From positions 3,410,001-3,474,000 of the forward strand of contig NC_090404.1 in assembly GCF_036365525.1 (NCBI RefSeq): a DNA stretch of 64,000 nucleotides, read 5' to 3'. Made by a program: the position numbers and the translations under genes. Shown here piece after piece: positions 38,348 through 51,138 of this stretch; position 1 is the stretch's first letter, and each line of letters starts with the position of its first letter. Below the pieces are notes generated by a model, which was given only the letters and a program-made list of their open reading frames with translations, was not told the DNA's origin and did no database searches. Source of the DNA: Heterodontus francisci. Lineage: Eukaryota.

Positions 38348-39401
38348 GTAAGTACGAGCTGCGTGTTCTTTTCTGTTTCTTGATGTAGCTTCATGTTGAA
38401 CGGTGGCTGGATGATGTGGGCAGAGAGGTGAGATAGTACATGACATAAAAATGAAGCTATTACACAGCTAAAATAACATTGAAGAAGATAGCTATCCAGC
38501 AGTAGACATAAATTGAAACTCTAGGCTGCACTAATATCGTATTGGTCTGAATTGTAGAATTCTGCTTCATTATCAGGATAAGAAAGTCACATTAAAAAAA
38601 GTTAGCCTAATGGTGACCATGAAACAATATCGATTGTTGTAAAACCCCATTTGGTTCACTAATGGCCTTTAGGGAAGGAAATCTGCCGTCCTTACCTGGT
38701 CGGGCCTATATGTTACACCGGGCCCACAGCAATGTGGTTGTCTCTTTAAAAAATGCCCTCTGAAATGGCCTGGCAAGCCATTCAGTGCAAGGATGGGCAA
38801 TACATGCTGGCCTAGCCAGCGATGCCCACATCCCACGAACGAAGAAAAAAAATAGAAAATGAATCCAGATAAATGTTGATTCGAATAAATGGAACTTCAT
38901 CTTTCGTTCTCAGCAGATCACTTTGTTTTAAACCCCTAATGAAGGACAATAATGGATTTGTTTGACATCAAATCTCATGGCAGAAAATTGATAAGCAGTC
39001 ACTCCAGTGCTCTCCCCACATCCACCGAGCTTACACACACACACCAAAAGCTCTGATATACCGAAGATAACAATTATCAAAATCATGTTGATGTGAAAAA
39101 AGTCCCCCGGGAGTTGGTTTCGGATGGAATTTAATGCGAAATTAACAGAAGAGAACGAAATAGGAACTACTGTCAATTTCTTATCCATTTCTTGTGCTTT
39201 TAAAATACTGCAAAGCCAAGGGAATTAAGTTTAGTGGGGCAGGGGAAACGGTTCTATTTGTTTCTGGAGATAACCTGAGCTGGCACTGGAAACAACTGGA
39301 ATGTCAAAGTATACTTAAAACTCAAAGGAAGACAAAAACAACCCCATTGTATTACTGTTCACGTGTTTGGGCCTATTTTCGTATCAGCTGGTAAAACTGT
39401 G

Positions 39402-39461
39402 CTGACTACAGAACAAGCAAGCTTATCTTTGGCAGTGGCACGAAACTCACTGTGTTACCCA
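39402..39461 (+). CDS. TRDJ: J delta type B1 (DYRTSKLIFGSGTKLTVLP)
   Basis: TATTTTCGT-12-AACTGTG; GTAAGT donor. Confidence 0.9.
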
Positions 39462-39843
39462 GTAAGTCTTCTAATGTCGATAATTTGCATTTGGTTATTG
39501 TAAAAAAAATAACGGGAATGTCCGATAATTCTATATCTGCAAGACAGCTTGGTAATAAAACCTTGTGGGGGAGGGAGAATAAAATGTCCCCTGGCAACTT
39601 ACAGTCCGAAATTCTGCACAGCCATTGTCTCTTACAACACAGAAGGAGACCATACGGTAGACAGGCAGTGACGTTTAACTTCAGGGGAAAAACATTTACT
39701 CATCATAGGATTTAGTTTCATGTGACCTTTGTACATAGTTTTCTCCCAGAATTACTGAATATTGCAGCTTCTTTATTGTACATGGGTGGAATCAGAATGC
39801 GTTGCTTCAGTGGAAGATTTCTGTCTGGGCAATGGTTAATGTG

Positions 39844-39909
39844 CCAATTACTATGCTGGTACAGAGAAAGTCACATTCGGTAGCGGCACCCCAGTGACAG
39901 TTATGCCAA
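39844..39909 (+). CDS. TRDJ: J delta type A2 (NYYAGTEKVTFGSGTPVTVMP), weak donor
   Basis: GATTTCTGT-12-TAATGTG; donor GTCGTT. Confidence 0.82.
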
Positions 39910-39961
39910 GTCGTTGCGAGTCCTTTCCTCCTAGTTGATATAGTTTTCTGCTGACTGCTGT

Positions 39962-41060
39962 CTGAACACAAGAACACAAGAATTAGAAGCAAGAGTAGGC
40001 TATTCGGCCCCTCGAGCCTGCTCCACTTTCCTTTTTGTCCGCACCCCGCCACCGGACCCCACCCCCCACACCCCACAATAACCCTTGGCTCCCTTGTCGA
40101 TCAAAATTATATCTTATACAGCCTTTAATATATTCAATGATCCAGCATCTACTATTTCCACAGACTAACAACCCTCTAAGAGAGAAGAAAATCTCTTCAT
40201 CTCAGTCTTAAATGGGAGAACTCTAATTTCTTAAACTTTGTCCCCAAGGTCTGGATAGCCTAACAAGGAGAAATATCCTCTCAGCATTCACTCTAAGTCC
40301 CCCCAGGATCTTATATGTTTCAATAAGATCATCTCTCATTCATCTAAACTCCAATGGGTACCGGCCCAACCTGCTCAACCTTTTCTCATAAGAGAACCCC
40401 TTCATCTCAGAAATCAGTTGAGTGAACCTTCTCTGAACTTTCTTAAGTAAGGAGACCGAAAACTGCGCACAGTACTCCAGATGTGGTCTCCTAAGGCCCT
40501 GTACAGCTATAGCAACACTTCCCTACTTTTATACTAGATTCCCCTTGCATTAAACGCCATCATTTCATTTTTCCTTCCCAATCATTTGCTGCACCTTCAC
40601 ATTAACGTTTTGTAATTCATGTAGCCAGATCATCTGTACTGTGGAGTTCCACGATTTCTTTCTGTTTAAATAATATCATACTTTTCTGTTCTTCCTGCCA
40701 AAGTGGACAAGTTCACATTTCCCCCCATTATATTCTATCTGCCAATTCTTTCCCAACTCACTTAACCTACCTGAATCTCTTTGTAGACTCTTTATGTTCT
40801 CTTGACAACTTACTTTCCATTGTATCTTTGCACTATCAGCAAATTTAGCTACTATACATTCGGCCCCTTGATTCAAGTCATATAGATAGTCGAAGCCCCA
40901 TCACTGATCCCTGTGGCACTCTACTCGTTGCAGCTTGCCAACCCGAAAATTGGCCATCTATCCTTACTCTCTGCTTCCTGTTAGAGAACGAATCCTCTAT
41001 CCAAGCAATTTGATACCCCCTACACCAGGAGCTCTTATTTTGTGTAGTAATCTTTGTCTG
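39962..41060 (-). mobile_element. CR1 LINE fragment inserted into J repeat unit 2
   Basis: (AAGAACAC)n tail at about 39962; ORF 40676..40876 AKFADSAKI...WQIEYN; J-unit sequence resumes at about 41060. Confidence 0.8.
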
Positions 41061-41826
41061 GAGAATGTGGGCAGAGAGTGAAGGCAGTGCACCGAAAAAA
41101 AAGCTTTAACAAAATGGCCATCGAGCTCAGCTCACACATTACTGAGATGTGCAGTGTCCAGGAATTGAAGGTCCAGTCATCAGTCATATGATATTGCACT
41201 GAAATGCAGAATTGTGTATTATTACCTAGATGGGAAGATGCCACTTAGAAAGTTGACTCAAATAACCATTGATTTCAGTAAATGAAAATTTGTATTCCGT
41301 TTCTAAGTCGTTGCTTTGTTTGTTTCAAACTGCTAACGCAGCATAATGACATACATGCTTCAAACCAAGCCTCAAGGCAGAAAATGTATAATGTAACACC
41401 ACCCGAACACAGACCCACAAACACATACGCACACACACAAACACACACACACATATATACACACACAAAAGGAAACTATGATATATTGAACATACTGATA
41501 TCAAAATCAAGATGATGTCAAGCAATGCCCCCAGGAACTGGTTCCTGATTATTATTAATGGAAACTTGTCAGGAATGAAGGAAAGGTGAATTGCTGTTAA
41601 TTTCTTGTTCATTCCTTGTTCTTTTTAACTATTTGCTGAGCAAAGCGAATTTGGGTTTAATGGTGGAAGGGGAAACAGTTACATTTGTTTCTGGGGGTAA
41701 CATGACCTGGCAATAGAAGAAACTAGAATCTCAAAATGTGATAAAACTCAAAGCAAGACAAAAACAACCCCATACATTGACGCTCATGTGGTTGGACCTA
41801 TTCTTGTAGCGTCTGGTACCACTGTG

Positions 41827-41874
41827 ATAGCAAGCTCATCTTTGGCAGTGGAACCAAACTCATTGTGGAACCCA
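41827..41874 (+). CDS. TRDJ: J delta type B2 (SKLIFGSGTKLIVEP)
   Basis: TATTCTTGT-12-CACTGTG; GTAAGT donor. Confidence 0.92.
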
Positions 41875-42220
41875 GTAAGTCTTTTAATGGCTTCAAACTG
41901 AATCTGGCTATTGTAAAAATAACTGAAATGCCTTATCCCAATATTTCTGAAAAACACTTTTGCAACATAAATTTGAGGGGCAGAGAGGTAACATGACCAC
42001 TGACAAACTAGCATCAGAAATTCTACCCATTCATAGAGTCTTTCAGCTTCGAAGCAGGTCGTGAGGTGAAAAACAAAAATCATTGGATTTAGGCTAGTGT
42101 GATCTTTGTGTATAGAGCTGACCCCAAATTAATGAATATTACAGCTTCTTGCCGTATATTCGCTGGAATCTGAATGAGCTGCTCCAGTGGAAGGTTTCTG
42201 TTTGAGTAATTGTTACTGTG

Positions 42221-42286
42221 CCAATTATTATGACAGCACTCTAAAACTTACATTCGGCAGCGGCACCCGAGTGACAGTTGTGCCAA
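42221..42286 (+). CDS. TRDJ: J delta type A3 (NYYDSTLKLTFGSGTRVTVVP)
   Basis: GGTTTCTGT-12-TACTGTG; GTAAGT donor. Confidence 0.92.
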
Positions 42287-43039
42287 GTAAGTACAAGCTG
42301 AGTTTCCTTTCCTCCGAGTTGATATAGTTTTCTACTGAATAGTTTCTTGCGAATATGCCCTGAGAGCAAAGGTGGTATGTGAAATAAAAGTGAATACCAA
42401 TAACATGAGCTTTAAGGAGATCGCTCTCCAGATCAGCTCAGTCCTCAATTAGACGTGCCATGTCCAGGAGTTCAAACTCTCGGCCTCAGTAATAGGATAT
42501 TGGTCTAAAATGCAGAATGTTGTATTCTTTACTGGGATAGGAAACTCCGATATGGAAAGTCAGTACATATAAACCTGAATTCGAGTAAATGGGACTTCAT
42601 CGTTCAGTCTCAACTCAGCGCTTTGTTTGTTTAAAACTGCAACGCATAACTACAAAGTGCATATCGGAAATCAGATCTATAGGCATATTGACAACAGGAT
42701 CAAGCTGATGTCAAACAATTTCCACAGGAGTTAGTTTCGTATTGTTACTAATTGAAAACTTTCAGGATGGAAGGAAAGGTGAACCACTGTTAATTTCTTG
42801 GTCATTTCTTGTGCTTTTAAATAGCGCAATGCAATCGGAATTATGTCTAACGAGGGAGGGCAAACAGTTATATTTGTTTTAATCATCTAGATGTAACCGC
42901 CATCTAGAGGTAACGGACCAGGTAATGGACGCTTGAAAATTCTCAAACGATACTCAATCTCAAAGCAATACAAAAACAACCCCTTACTTTACTATCCATG
43001 TGGGTTAGCCCTACTTTTGAAGCATCTGGCACCGCTCTG

Positions 43040-43078
43040 CTGGCTTTGGCCGTGGAAGCAAAATCATTGTAGAACCAA
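43040..43078 (+). pseudogene. TRDJ: J delta type B3 pseudogene (FGRGSKIIVEP)
   Basis: Heptamer CGCTCTG (no terminal GTG); splice donor lost. Confidence 0.8.
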
Positions 43079-43540
43079 AAATATATTTTAATGCCTTCAA
43101 TTTGGATCTGGCTGTAGTAGCAAAGTATCTGAAATGTATTGGACTAATATATCTTTTGTAGTAGCAGAGCCTTACTTTCTAGCATGGACTCGATGGGCCG
43201 AATGTCCTCCTTCTGTGCCGTAATGACTATATGACTCTGGAAACTTCTGGCAAGGGAAGGGAATAAAGTGACCACTGACAATTTGGGAGAAGGCATTCTG
43301 CACATTCCGAGAACCTTACAAAACAGGAGAAGGAAATTCGGCCCTTCTTTCCTATTTTAGGGACAGATAAAGCAGTAGTTTTTAACTACAGGTGAAACAT
43401 ATTCACATATCACAGGGTTTAGTTTTGTATATGGCGCTCCCTCCGAAATAATGAACATTAGAGCTTCTTTGTCGTGTATTAGCCAGAATCTGAATGGGCT
43501 TTTCCAGTGGAAGGTTTCTGTCTGGGAAATTGTTAATGCG

Positions 43541-43607
43541 TGATTTATTTATGATGATACTGACAAACTCACGTTTGGCAGCGGCACGCAAGTGACAGTT
43601 GTGCCAA
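43541..43607 (+). CDS. TRDJ: J delta type A4 (IYDDTDKLTFGSGTQVTVVP), heptamer altered
   Basis: GGTTTCTGT-12-TAATGCG; GTAAGT donor. Confidence 0.82.
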
Positions 43608-44749
43608 GTAAGTACGAGCTGAGTTTCATTTCCATCTACTTAATGCCTTTTTCTGCTGAATGCTGCCTGGAGAATGTGGGCAGAGAGCCATGGTAGTATG
43701 TGAAATCGAAGTTAAGCCATTACACCGATAAGAAGAGCTTTAATAAGATAGCTCTCCACCTCAGCACGCCCCTGAATTAGACGTGCATTGTCTGGGAGTA
43801 GAAACACTAGGCCTCAGTGATATGATACTGACCTGTAATGCAGAATTAGGTATTATTAGTATAGGAAAATCCCATTTAGAAAGTGGAACCAAATAAGCAT
43901 GGATTCGAGTAAATGGAAACTCATCTTTCATTCTCAACATATCGCTTTGTTTGTTTTAAACCGCGAATGCAGAACGACAATGTACATATTTGAAATCAGG
44001 TCACAATGTAGAAAATATGTACGTAGCCCCCCGAAGACACACCGATAGCCACTAAAGAAATGATGATATAGCGAACAACGATGATATTGCTGTTAACAAT
44101 ATCATGTCCAGGAGTTGTAGCTCTGGGACTCAGTAATATGGCATTGGACTGTAATGCAGAATTGTGCATTATTTCCGAAATCGGAACCTTCCATTTGGAA
44201 AGTGGACCGAAATAAGGGTCGTTTTGAGCGCATGAGACTTCATCTTTCATTCCCAATGCATTCCTTTGTTTCAACCTGCTAATGCATAACTATAACGTAC
44301 ATATGTGAAATCAGGTCTCAAGGTAGAAACTTGATAAGTGGCAAACCCCTCCTTCCCCAGCCCCACACTCAAAGGGATTTATAGACACAAAGAAGATATG
44401 ACATATTGAACATTCTGATTATCAAAATCATGTTGATAGCAAGCATTCCCCGGGAGCTGGCTTTGGATGGAAGTTCATTGAAAAATGTCAGGGAGGAAGG
44501 AAAAGTGAACTGCTGTCAATTTCTTGACCATTCTTTGTGCTTCTAAAATAGTGCAAAGCAAAGGGAATTGCGGTTAGTGTGGGAAGGGAAACAGGATATT
44601 TTTCTTGAGGCAACCTGTCTGGGCTCTGGAGGCAAGTAGGTTCACAAAATTGACCAGAAACTCAAAGTAAAACAACAAAAACAAAAACGCAACTTGCAAT
44701 ACTGTCCATGTGGGTTGGACCTATTTTTGTAGCATCTGCTACCACGGTG

Positions 44750-44809
44750 CTGGCTACGGAACTTGGAACCTTATCTTTGGCAGCGGGACCAAACTCACTG
44801 TGCAACCCA
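44750..44809 (+). CDS. TRDJ: J delta type B4 (GYGTWNLIFGSGTKLTVQP)
   Basis: TATTTTTGT-12-CACGGTG; GTAAGT donor. Confidence 0.92.
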
Positions 44810-45158
44810 GTAAGTCTTCAAAATTTGGATCTGGTTAGAGTGAAAAAACTAATATTTTCAATTCTAATATAGCTGAAAACCACTTTTTCAGTACACATTG
44901 ATGGGCATGGGAAAATTAAATGGCCACTGACAACTTAGGGTTCGAGATTCTGGATAATGATAGATTCATTCAATTCAGAAGGAGGCCATTCGGGCCATCG
45001 TTCCTGTTTTGGGGCAGATAAGGCAGTGAATTTTAACTTCAGGTGAAAAACATATGCACATCATAAGATTTAGTTTAGTGTGACGTTTGTACATAGAGAA
45101 ACACCACACCCCCGCCCCCCGCCCCCTCCTCCCACTCCCCGCCCCCCACTTCCCGGTG

Positions 45159-45224
45159 CAGTTATTGTTAGGAATTCGGACAAACTCACATTCGGCAGCG
45201 GCACCCGAGTGACTGTTGTGCAAA
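45159..45224 (+). pseudogene. TRDJ: J delta type A5 (VIVRNSDKLTFGSGTRVTVVQ), RSS replaced by a C-rich tract
   Basis: Only CCCGGTG remains 5' of the J; spacer and nonamer replaced by 45103-45151; donor GTAAAT. Confidence 0.8.
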
Positions 45225-45849
45225 GTAAATGCGAGCTGAGTTTTCTTTCCTCCTATTTGATGTAGTTTTCGGCTGAGTGGCAGACTGTGAGCAGACAGCC
45301 AATGTAACATGAAACAAAAATGAAGACATTACATCGATAAGATGAGATTTAATAAGATACCTATCCAGCTCAGCTCATCCCTGTAACTATCGACCTTAGT
45401 AATAAAGTATTGGAATGAAAGGCAGAACTGTGTATGATTATTGGGATAAGTGACTCCCATTTTGAAGTTGACTGGAATAAACGTTTAGTTGAGTAAACAG
45501 AACCTCAACTTCCATTCTCGAACAGACTAATATCAAAAGTATGGTCATCTCAAACAACACTCCGGGAGTTGTTTTGGGGTAGATGTTAACGGGAAACTGT
45601 CAGGAATGAAGGGACGGTCAAATGCTGTCAATTTCTTGACTATTTCTTGTGCTATGAAAATAGTGCGAAGCAAAGAGAATTGAGTTTAATGGGGGAGGGG
45701 AAACAGTTACATTTGTTTCTGGAGGTAACCTGAACTGGCAATGAAAGCAACTATAATCTTAAAGTATGCGCAAAACTCAAAGCAAGACAAAAGCAAACGC
45801 TTACATTACTGTGCATGTGCATTAGACCTATTTTTGCAGCAACACTTTG

Positions 45850-45900
45850 CTGACTACAGATCTGTCTTTGGTAGTGCGGTCAAACTCATCTTGGAACCCA
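45850..45900 (+). pseudogene. TRDJ: J delta type B5 pseudogene (DYRSVFGSAVKLILEP)
   Basis: Spacer cut to about 5 bp, heptamer CACTTTG, FGSA instead of FGxG, donor lost. Confidence 0.8.
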
Positions 45901-46930
45901 AAAAGTCTTCTAATGTCTTTAATTGGGATCTGTTCTAGTAAAATAATAACTGAGACATTCGATTCTAATCTTTGTGCAAAGATCTTTGTAGTATAATCTA
46001 TTGAGTGGGGAATAAAATGGCTACTGACAACTGAGGTCAGAAATACTGTATTTTCACAGAATGTAACAAAACAGAAAAACGTCATTTGCCCCAATTTGCC
46101 TGTGTGGACCTTGTGAAAGAGCTAACCAATTAGTCCCACTCCTAACCACCAACCACCCCCCCAAACCCACCCAACCCCCACCAGACCCTTCCCCACCCAC
46201 CACCCCGCCCCCACCCCCCCCCCCCCCCCCGGCTCTTCAATGAGTTCAATAATTTTGTTTTACTAATTTAATAGTTGTCGCGTTTCTAATCTTCAGGTAT
46301 CTCTTCGTCCTTCTCAATTGAAATAAGTAGAAAATATGGTATCAACATTGCCGATTTAAAAAATATATATGAAGAAAAAAATAGACCCGGGACAAGATTT
46401 TGCATATTCTGTAAGGAATCATTACCTTAATACTAATAATAATACTCAAGTCATTTTTTTTAAAAAAGGCGATAACATACGCTGGTTTAGCGACAATATT
46501 TATCTTAGAACCCTGCAGCACAGGAGGAGGCCATTCGGCTCATTGCGTCCGTACTGGCTCTCTGAAAGAACTGCCATTTAGTCCCTCTCCCTTTTTCCTT
46601 TTCCCCAAAAGCTTAGCATTTTGTTTGGCGTTATAAATATATTATATCTATATCATCTTTGAGGGTTGTTCTTGAATCTGTATCCACCACCCTCTCAAGC
46701 AGTGCAATCTAGATTAGAAAAACTCGGTGAGTTGAATGAAATTTCCTCATCTCCCGTACCCTGTTTTTTTTGCCAATTATATTAAACCCATGTGTATGCT
46801 GTGGTTGCCAACCCACCTGTCAGTGGAAACAGCTTTTCTCTATCTGCTTTATCATGTGTTTGAAAGAATAGGTCTAACAATGTCAGCAAGTTGCAGGAAG
46901 TCAATTTTTGTTCAGAGAAATGTTAATGTG

Positions 46931-46999
46931 TTAGGTATGGTGACTGGACTAAACGCAATCTCATATTTGGAGCTGGGACTAAATTAATTGTAGAACCAA
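46931..46999 (+). CDS. TRDJ: J delta (RYGDWTKRNLIFGAGTKLIVEP)
   Basis: AATTTTTGT-12-TAATGTG; GTAAGT donor. Confidence 0.9.
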
Positions 47000-47736
47000 G
47001 TAAGTAAAAATCTACTGGATACTCATCATAATGTTAAATTTGTCACTGGGAATGAAATAAAGACATTATCACCCTTTTACACACAGAGTGTGGTGGGGGT
47101 CTGGAGCTCACTGCCTGAAAGGGTAGTTGAAGCAGAAACCCTCGACTCATTCAAAAGGAGTCTAGACTTGCACCTCAAGTGCAATAATCTGCAGGGCTAC
47201 GGACCACCTGCTGGAAGGTGGGATTAAAATAGGTGGATCGTTTTTCGGCCGGCACAGACACAATGGGCCATGTGGCCTCTTTATGTGTCTTAAACGTTCT
47301 GTGATTCTATCACCAGTTCATTAACGCAGAGGGCTCTGAGCTCAACCAGAACAAGAAACGGGAGCACGAAAAAATTCATTTGGAAAAGGCCAGCAGCAGT
47401 GCGATAGTCAAATGACAGTTCTTCACTGCTGTCAAATTCAATGATTCTATGGTTCTATTGCTGCCTGGCGTGAGTTGTTTTTAGCAGTTTAGACCGGGGT
47501 TTGGCGAGAAGGAATAGTCATGAAGTTATTTGACCATTTGATCATAATCAAAGCCGCTTTAACATACTGCTGGATTGCCCAAAATTCGTCCGTTTGCTGC
47601 TATACCCTTTCAGGTGGCTTTAAAATAAATCGGCTGAACTGTCAGGAAATCAGTGTGTTAAAAGAAAGTTCTTAAAGTGGGCGAAAGGCGCTTCATTGAA
47701 GGGAATTACGAATTTGTCAGAAGGCCAGACACTGTG

Positions 47737-47798
47737 TACCTCTAGTTATAGGGCGCCGTTGACGTTCGGAGCTGGGACAGATCTCACAGTGCAACCAA
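47737..47798 (+). CDS. TRDJ: J delta, most C-proximal (TSSYRAPLTFGAGTDLTVQP)
   Basis: CGAATTTGT-12-CACTGTG; GTAAGT donor. Confidence 0.92.
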
Positions 47799-48789
47799 GT
47801 AAGTAAGAAAAAGACACAAAAAGAAGATTCGGGAGCAATCGCAGGCAAAATGAGCAACAGTATCAAGATTCTACTGCTCAGGCCAATAGATTAGAGAGAT
47901 GGAAATGCTAAATGTGCCTCGCTGTAAATGAGGCGGGGGCTGGGCCGGCGAGTAAGCTTTCCTGTGCGAGGTGAAAGCCAGAAAATTCGACTCCTTGACC
48001 GCTGAGTCTTTCTTTATATTCCTTATCACGCATCACCCTATTCGCAGCTAAAATATATGCGGGAGTATTTATCGTTTCCATAAAGATACTGAACCAAATG
48101 CAATTGGCAGTTTGGATCCGTCCGTATATCCGTGAGGGCAGGGTAATCGGTGGTGGGTTTAGTTTCGGAAAAGTCCTTCCAGATGGTGTTTGCCGAATCA
48201 TTACTCCAGGGTTAATGTTGGCGATGTGACATTATTGCACAGAGCCACCATATTTGAACCTTTCGATGTGTGCGCAGTCAATTTCGGGATACAATGGTGT
48301 AGTGGTAATGTCACTGCACTAGTAATCCAAAACCCTGGCTATTGCGCCACGGCAAATGGTGAAATTTGAATCCAATTACAAAAAAGTCTGGAATTGAAAA
48401 CTAGTCTAATGGTGACCGATTGTTGTGAAAACCTATCTGGTCCATTAAATCTGCCATCCTTGTCTGCTCTGCATTTGACTCCAGACCCACAGCAATGTGA
48501 TTGAATCTTAAAATGCCTACTGAAATGCCCTAGCGAGCAATTAGGGATGGGCAATAAATACTGGCCTAGTCAGAAAGGCCCAGATCACATAAAAATGAAT
48601 AGAAAACGGTGCAGGACAGACAGAAATTCGAAAATGTGCACACATAGGCCCTTATCTTAATATGTTGGCAGTGGATGCAGATGCCCTCATGTTCGACGAC
48701 AGACTCGCAAGCAGCGTCAGATAGTGATATATCTCATAGACATTAATTGCAACAACAAAAAGTACTATGGATCCACAAAGAAAAGCGCT

Positions 48790-49470
48790 GATAGAATCAA
48801 CGAGTCACTACTGCTCAGAACGAAGCCATTACAGCCATCGAGTCCATGCCGGCTCCTGTAGAGCTGTCTAGTCAATCCCATTCCCCCCACCCTACGCATG
48901 TAACTCTGCAAGTTTATTTCCCTCAAATGGCCATCAAGTTTCCTTTAGAAATCAATGATTGTCTCCCCTTCCACCACTCTCGTGGACAGCGAGTTCCATA
49001 ACATTATCATGCTTTGCATAATAAGGTTCTTTCGCACATCCCCTCTGCATCTCTTGCTCAGAACCTTAAATCTATTCCCTCTAGTCCTTGTACCACCAGC
49101 TAATGGGAACAGTTTCCTTTACCTACCTTATCCCAACTTGTCCTAATCTTTTTCACCTTTAACACGTTTCCCCTCAATCTCCTTTGCTCCATAGAGAACA
49201 ACTTCAGCATCTCCAGCCTGACCTTGTAGCTAAATTCCCGCTTCCCAGGAACCATTCTTGTAAATCTCCCCTGCACCTTCTCAAGGACCCTCGCATCCTT
49301 CTGAAAGTGTGGTGATAAGAAATAGACGCAATTCTCTAGTTGTGGGCTAACCAGAGCTTTATAACGGTTCAGCATAACTTCCCTGCTTTTGTACTCAATA
49401 TTTCTATTTATGAAGCTCAATATTCCATATGCTTTTCTACCTACTCTCTCACTATGCTCTGGCACCATCA
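48790..49470 (-). mobile_element. CR1 LINE 3' fragment
   Basis: ORF 49100..49483 KAYGILSFINRNIEYKS...RRLRGN. Confidence 0.8.
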
Positions 49471-50183
49471 GAGATCTGAGCACGTGATTACCGACATCCG
49501 TACATTTAGAAATTATGGGGTGGATTTTTCTCGCAAAAGTCTAGCTTACACAATCAAAAATGACACCTAAGGACAGCAATTGTTTGATCACAAAAGTTAT
49601 GGTCCTTTATGGAATTAAAACAGTAATCCATATCCGTTGGGAAAAGGGGACGACAAATATTTAGGAATTGTAATTAAAGTCAACAAATGAAGAACAATGT
49701 TTGCCGCTTTATTCAAGGATTTGAGCAAACATTTTACAAGAAGTCATTAATTTCAAATTGCCACATTGTAACCATTCTTTACGCATCGAGTTTTTGGATT
49801 ATGGGAGGCCTTTGAACCGGCAATGATTGAGAGTTTTTAATGATGGAAGGATTTGATAGGGGAGATAGAGGGAAACTATTTCCTCTGGTGGGGAAGTCCA
49901 GAACAAGGAGGCATAACCTTACAATTAGAGCGATGCTGAGCAGGGTTGATATCGGGAAGCACCTCTTCACGCAAAGGGTAATGGAAATCTGGAACCCTCT
50001 GCTCTATAACTAACACTGAAAAGATATCCATTAGAATAATGATACTCGGGTGTAGTGAGCAAATGCGGGTGGATGGAATTATGAGACAGATCAGCCATGT
50101 TCTAATTGAATGCAGGAACATACTAGAGGGGTTCACTTTGAAGGAGTCTGATTATTTTCCCTTTTTTATTCTTGTATTTTCAG

Positions 50184-50477
50184 AGAAAAAAGATGCTAAA
50201 GAACCAACGTTGTCAATCTTTTACCCACCCGTGTTATCAAATCCAGTCGTAGGCACTAGCGACACGGCAGCAGTATGTCTGACCTCGGACTTCGTGCCCA
50301 AAGAGATCGAACTCTTCCTGAGTGTGGGCGCTGACCCAAAGATAAATGTCACAAGATCCAGTGTCTTATTAAACAACGGGTACTACTGGAGTTCAGGGTT
50401 CCTCTCTATCCCGCCGGACCAGAAATCAGGACAGATCACGTGTGAGGCAAAACACAATGGTCAAAATATTTCTGCTG
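50184..50477 (+). CDS. TRDC: TCR delta constant region exon 1 (Ig C1-type domain)
   Basis: Acceptor TTTTCAG; KKDAKEPTLSIFYPP...AAVCLTSDFVPKEI...GYYWSSG...ITCEAKHNGQNISA; GTGAGT donor; no C-strand Trp, as in TRDC. Confidence 0.93.
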
Positions 50478-51066
50478 GTGAGTGATAAGGTTTTATGGAA
50501 GAAAAATCTTGCATTTAGACAGCAGCTTTTGAAAACCAAAGAACTTCCCGTGTCTCTTACCTCACAATGGAGTACCTTCTGAAAATTAGTCACTGTTTTA
50601 ATTCGGGGAAATGACAGTGCCATTTAGCGCTCAGCCATGTTCCACAACCAGTAATGTGACACAGATCATCTGTTTCGGTGACTGACTAAATATTGGCCAG
50701 GGCATCGTAGAACTGCCTACCTTCAGAATTGTGCAATGGGGTCATTTATGCCCACCTGAGAGGGTATATGGGGCCTCCATTTGACGATTCATTTGAAAAA
50801 TGGCACCTCTGTCACTGCATTGATGTACCACGCTGGTTTATGGGCTTAGATCCCTGAAGTGGTGTCGAACTCACAACCTTTGAACTCAGAGGTCAGTGTC
50901 AGTCACCGCTAATAGCCGACCAATAAACCAATACTACATTTTGATTATGACTTCCTCCATTACTGCTCGTAACGACAACGATAAAAATAACAAAAGTCGT
51001 AGAAATAACCTCAATAACCGCAAGAAAGTAACTTACTGAATTAATAATAAAAATAATTGTTTGCAG

Positions 51067-51138
51067 GTACAGGAAAATTGATTGATTGTGGAAAACGTTC
51101 AAGTGATTCCCTCGGAAGACTAAAGGACATCGAAAACG
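51067..51138 (+). CDS. TRDC: TCR delta constant exon 2 (connecting peptide with interchain Cys)
   Basis: TTGCAG acceptor; 72 nt, phase 1-1; GTGKLIDCGKRSSDSLGRLKDIEN; GTCAGT donor. Confidence 0.8.

Noticed and set aside
38240-46070. CRISPR-like array
   Set aside because: Eukaryotic locus; the repeats are kb-scale duplicated J cassettes, not short repeat-spacer units
47900-48300. J-C intronic enhancer
   Set aside because: CpG-rich, but part resembles a MITE end and I see no convincing Myb/Runx cluster; cannot be supported by eye
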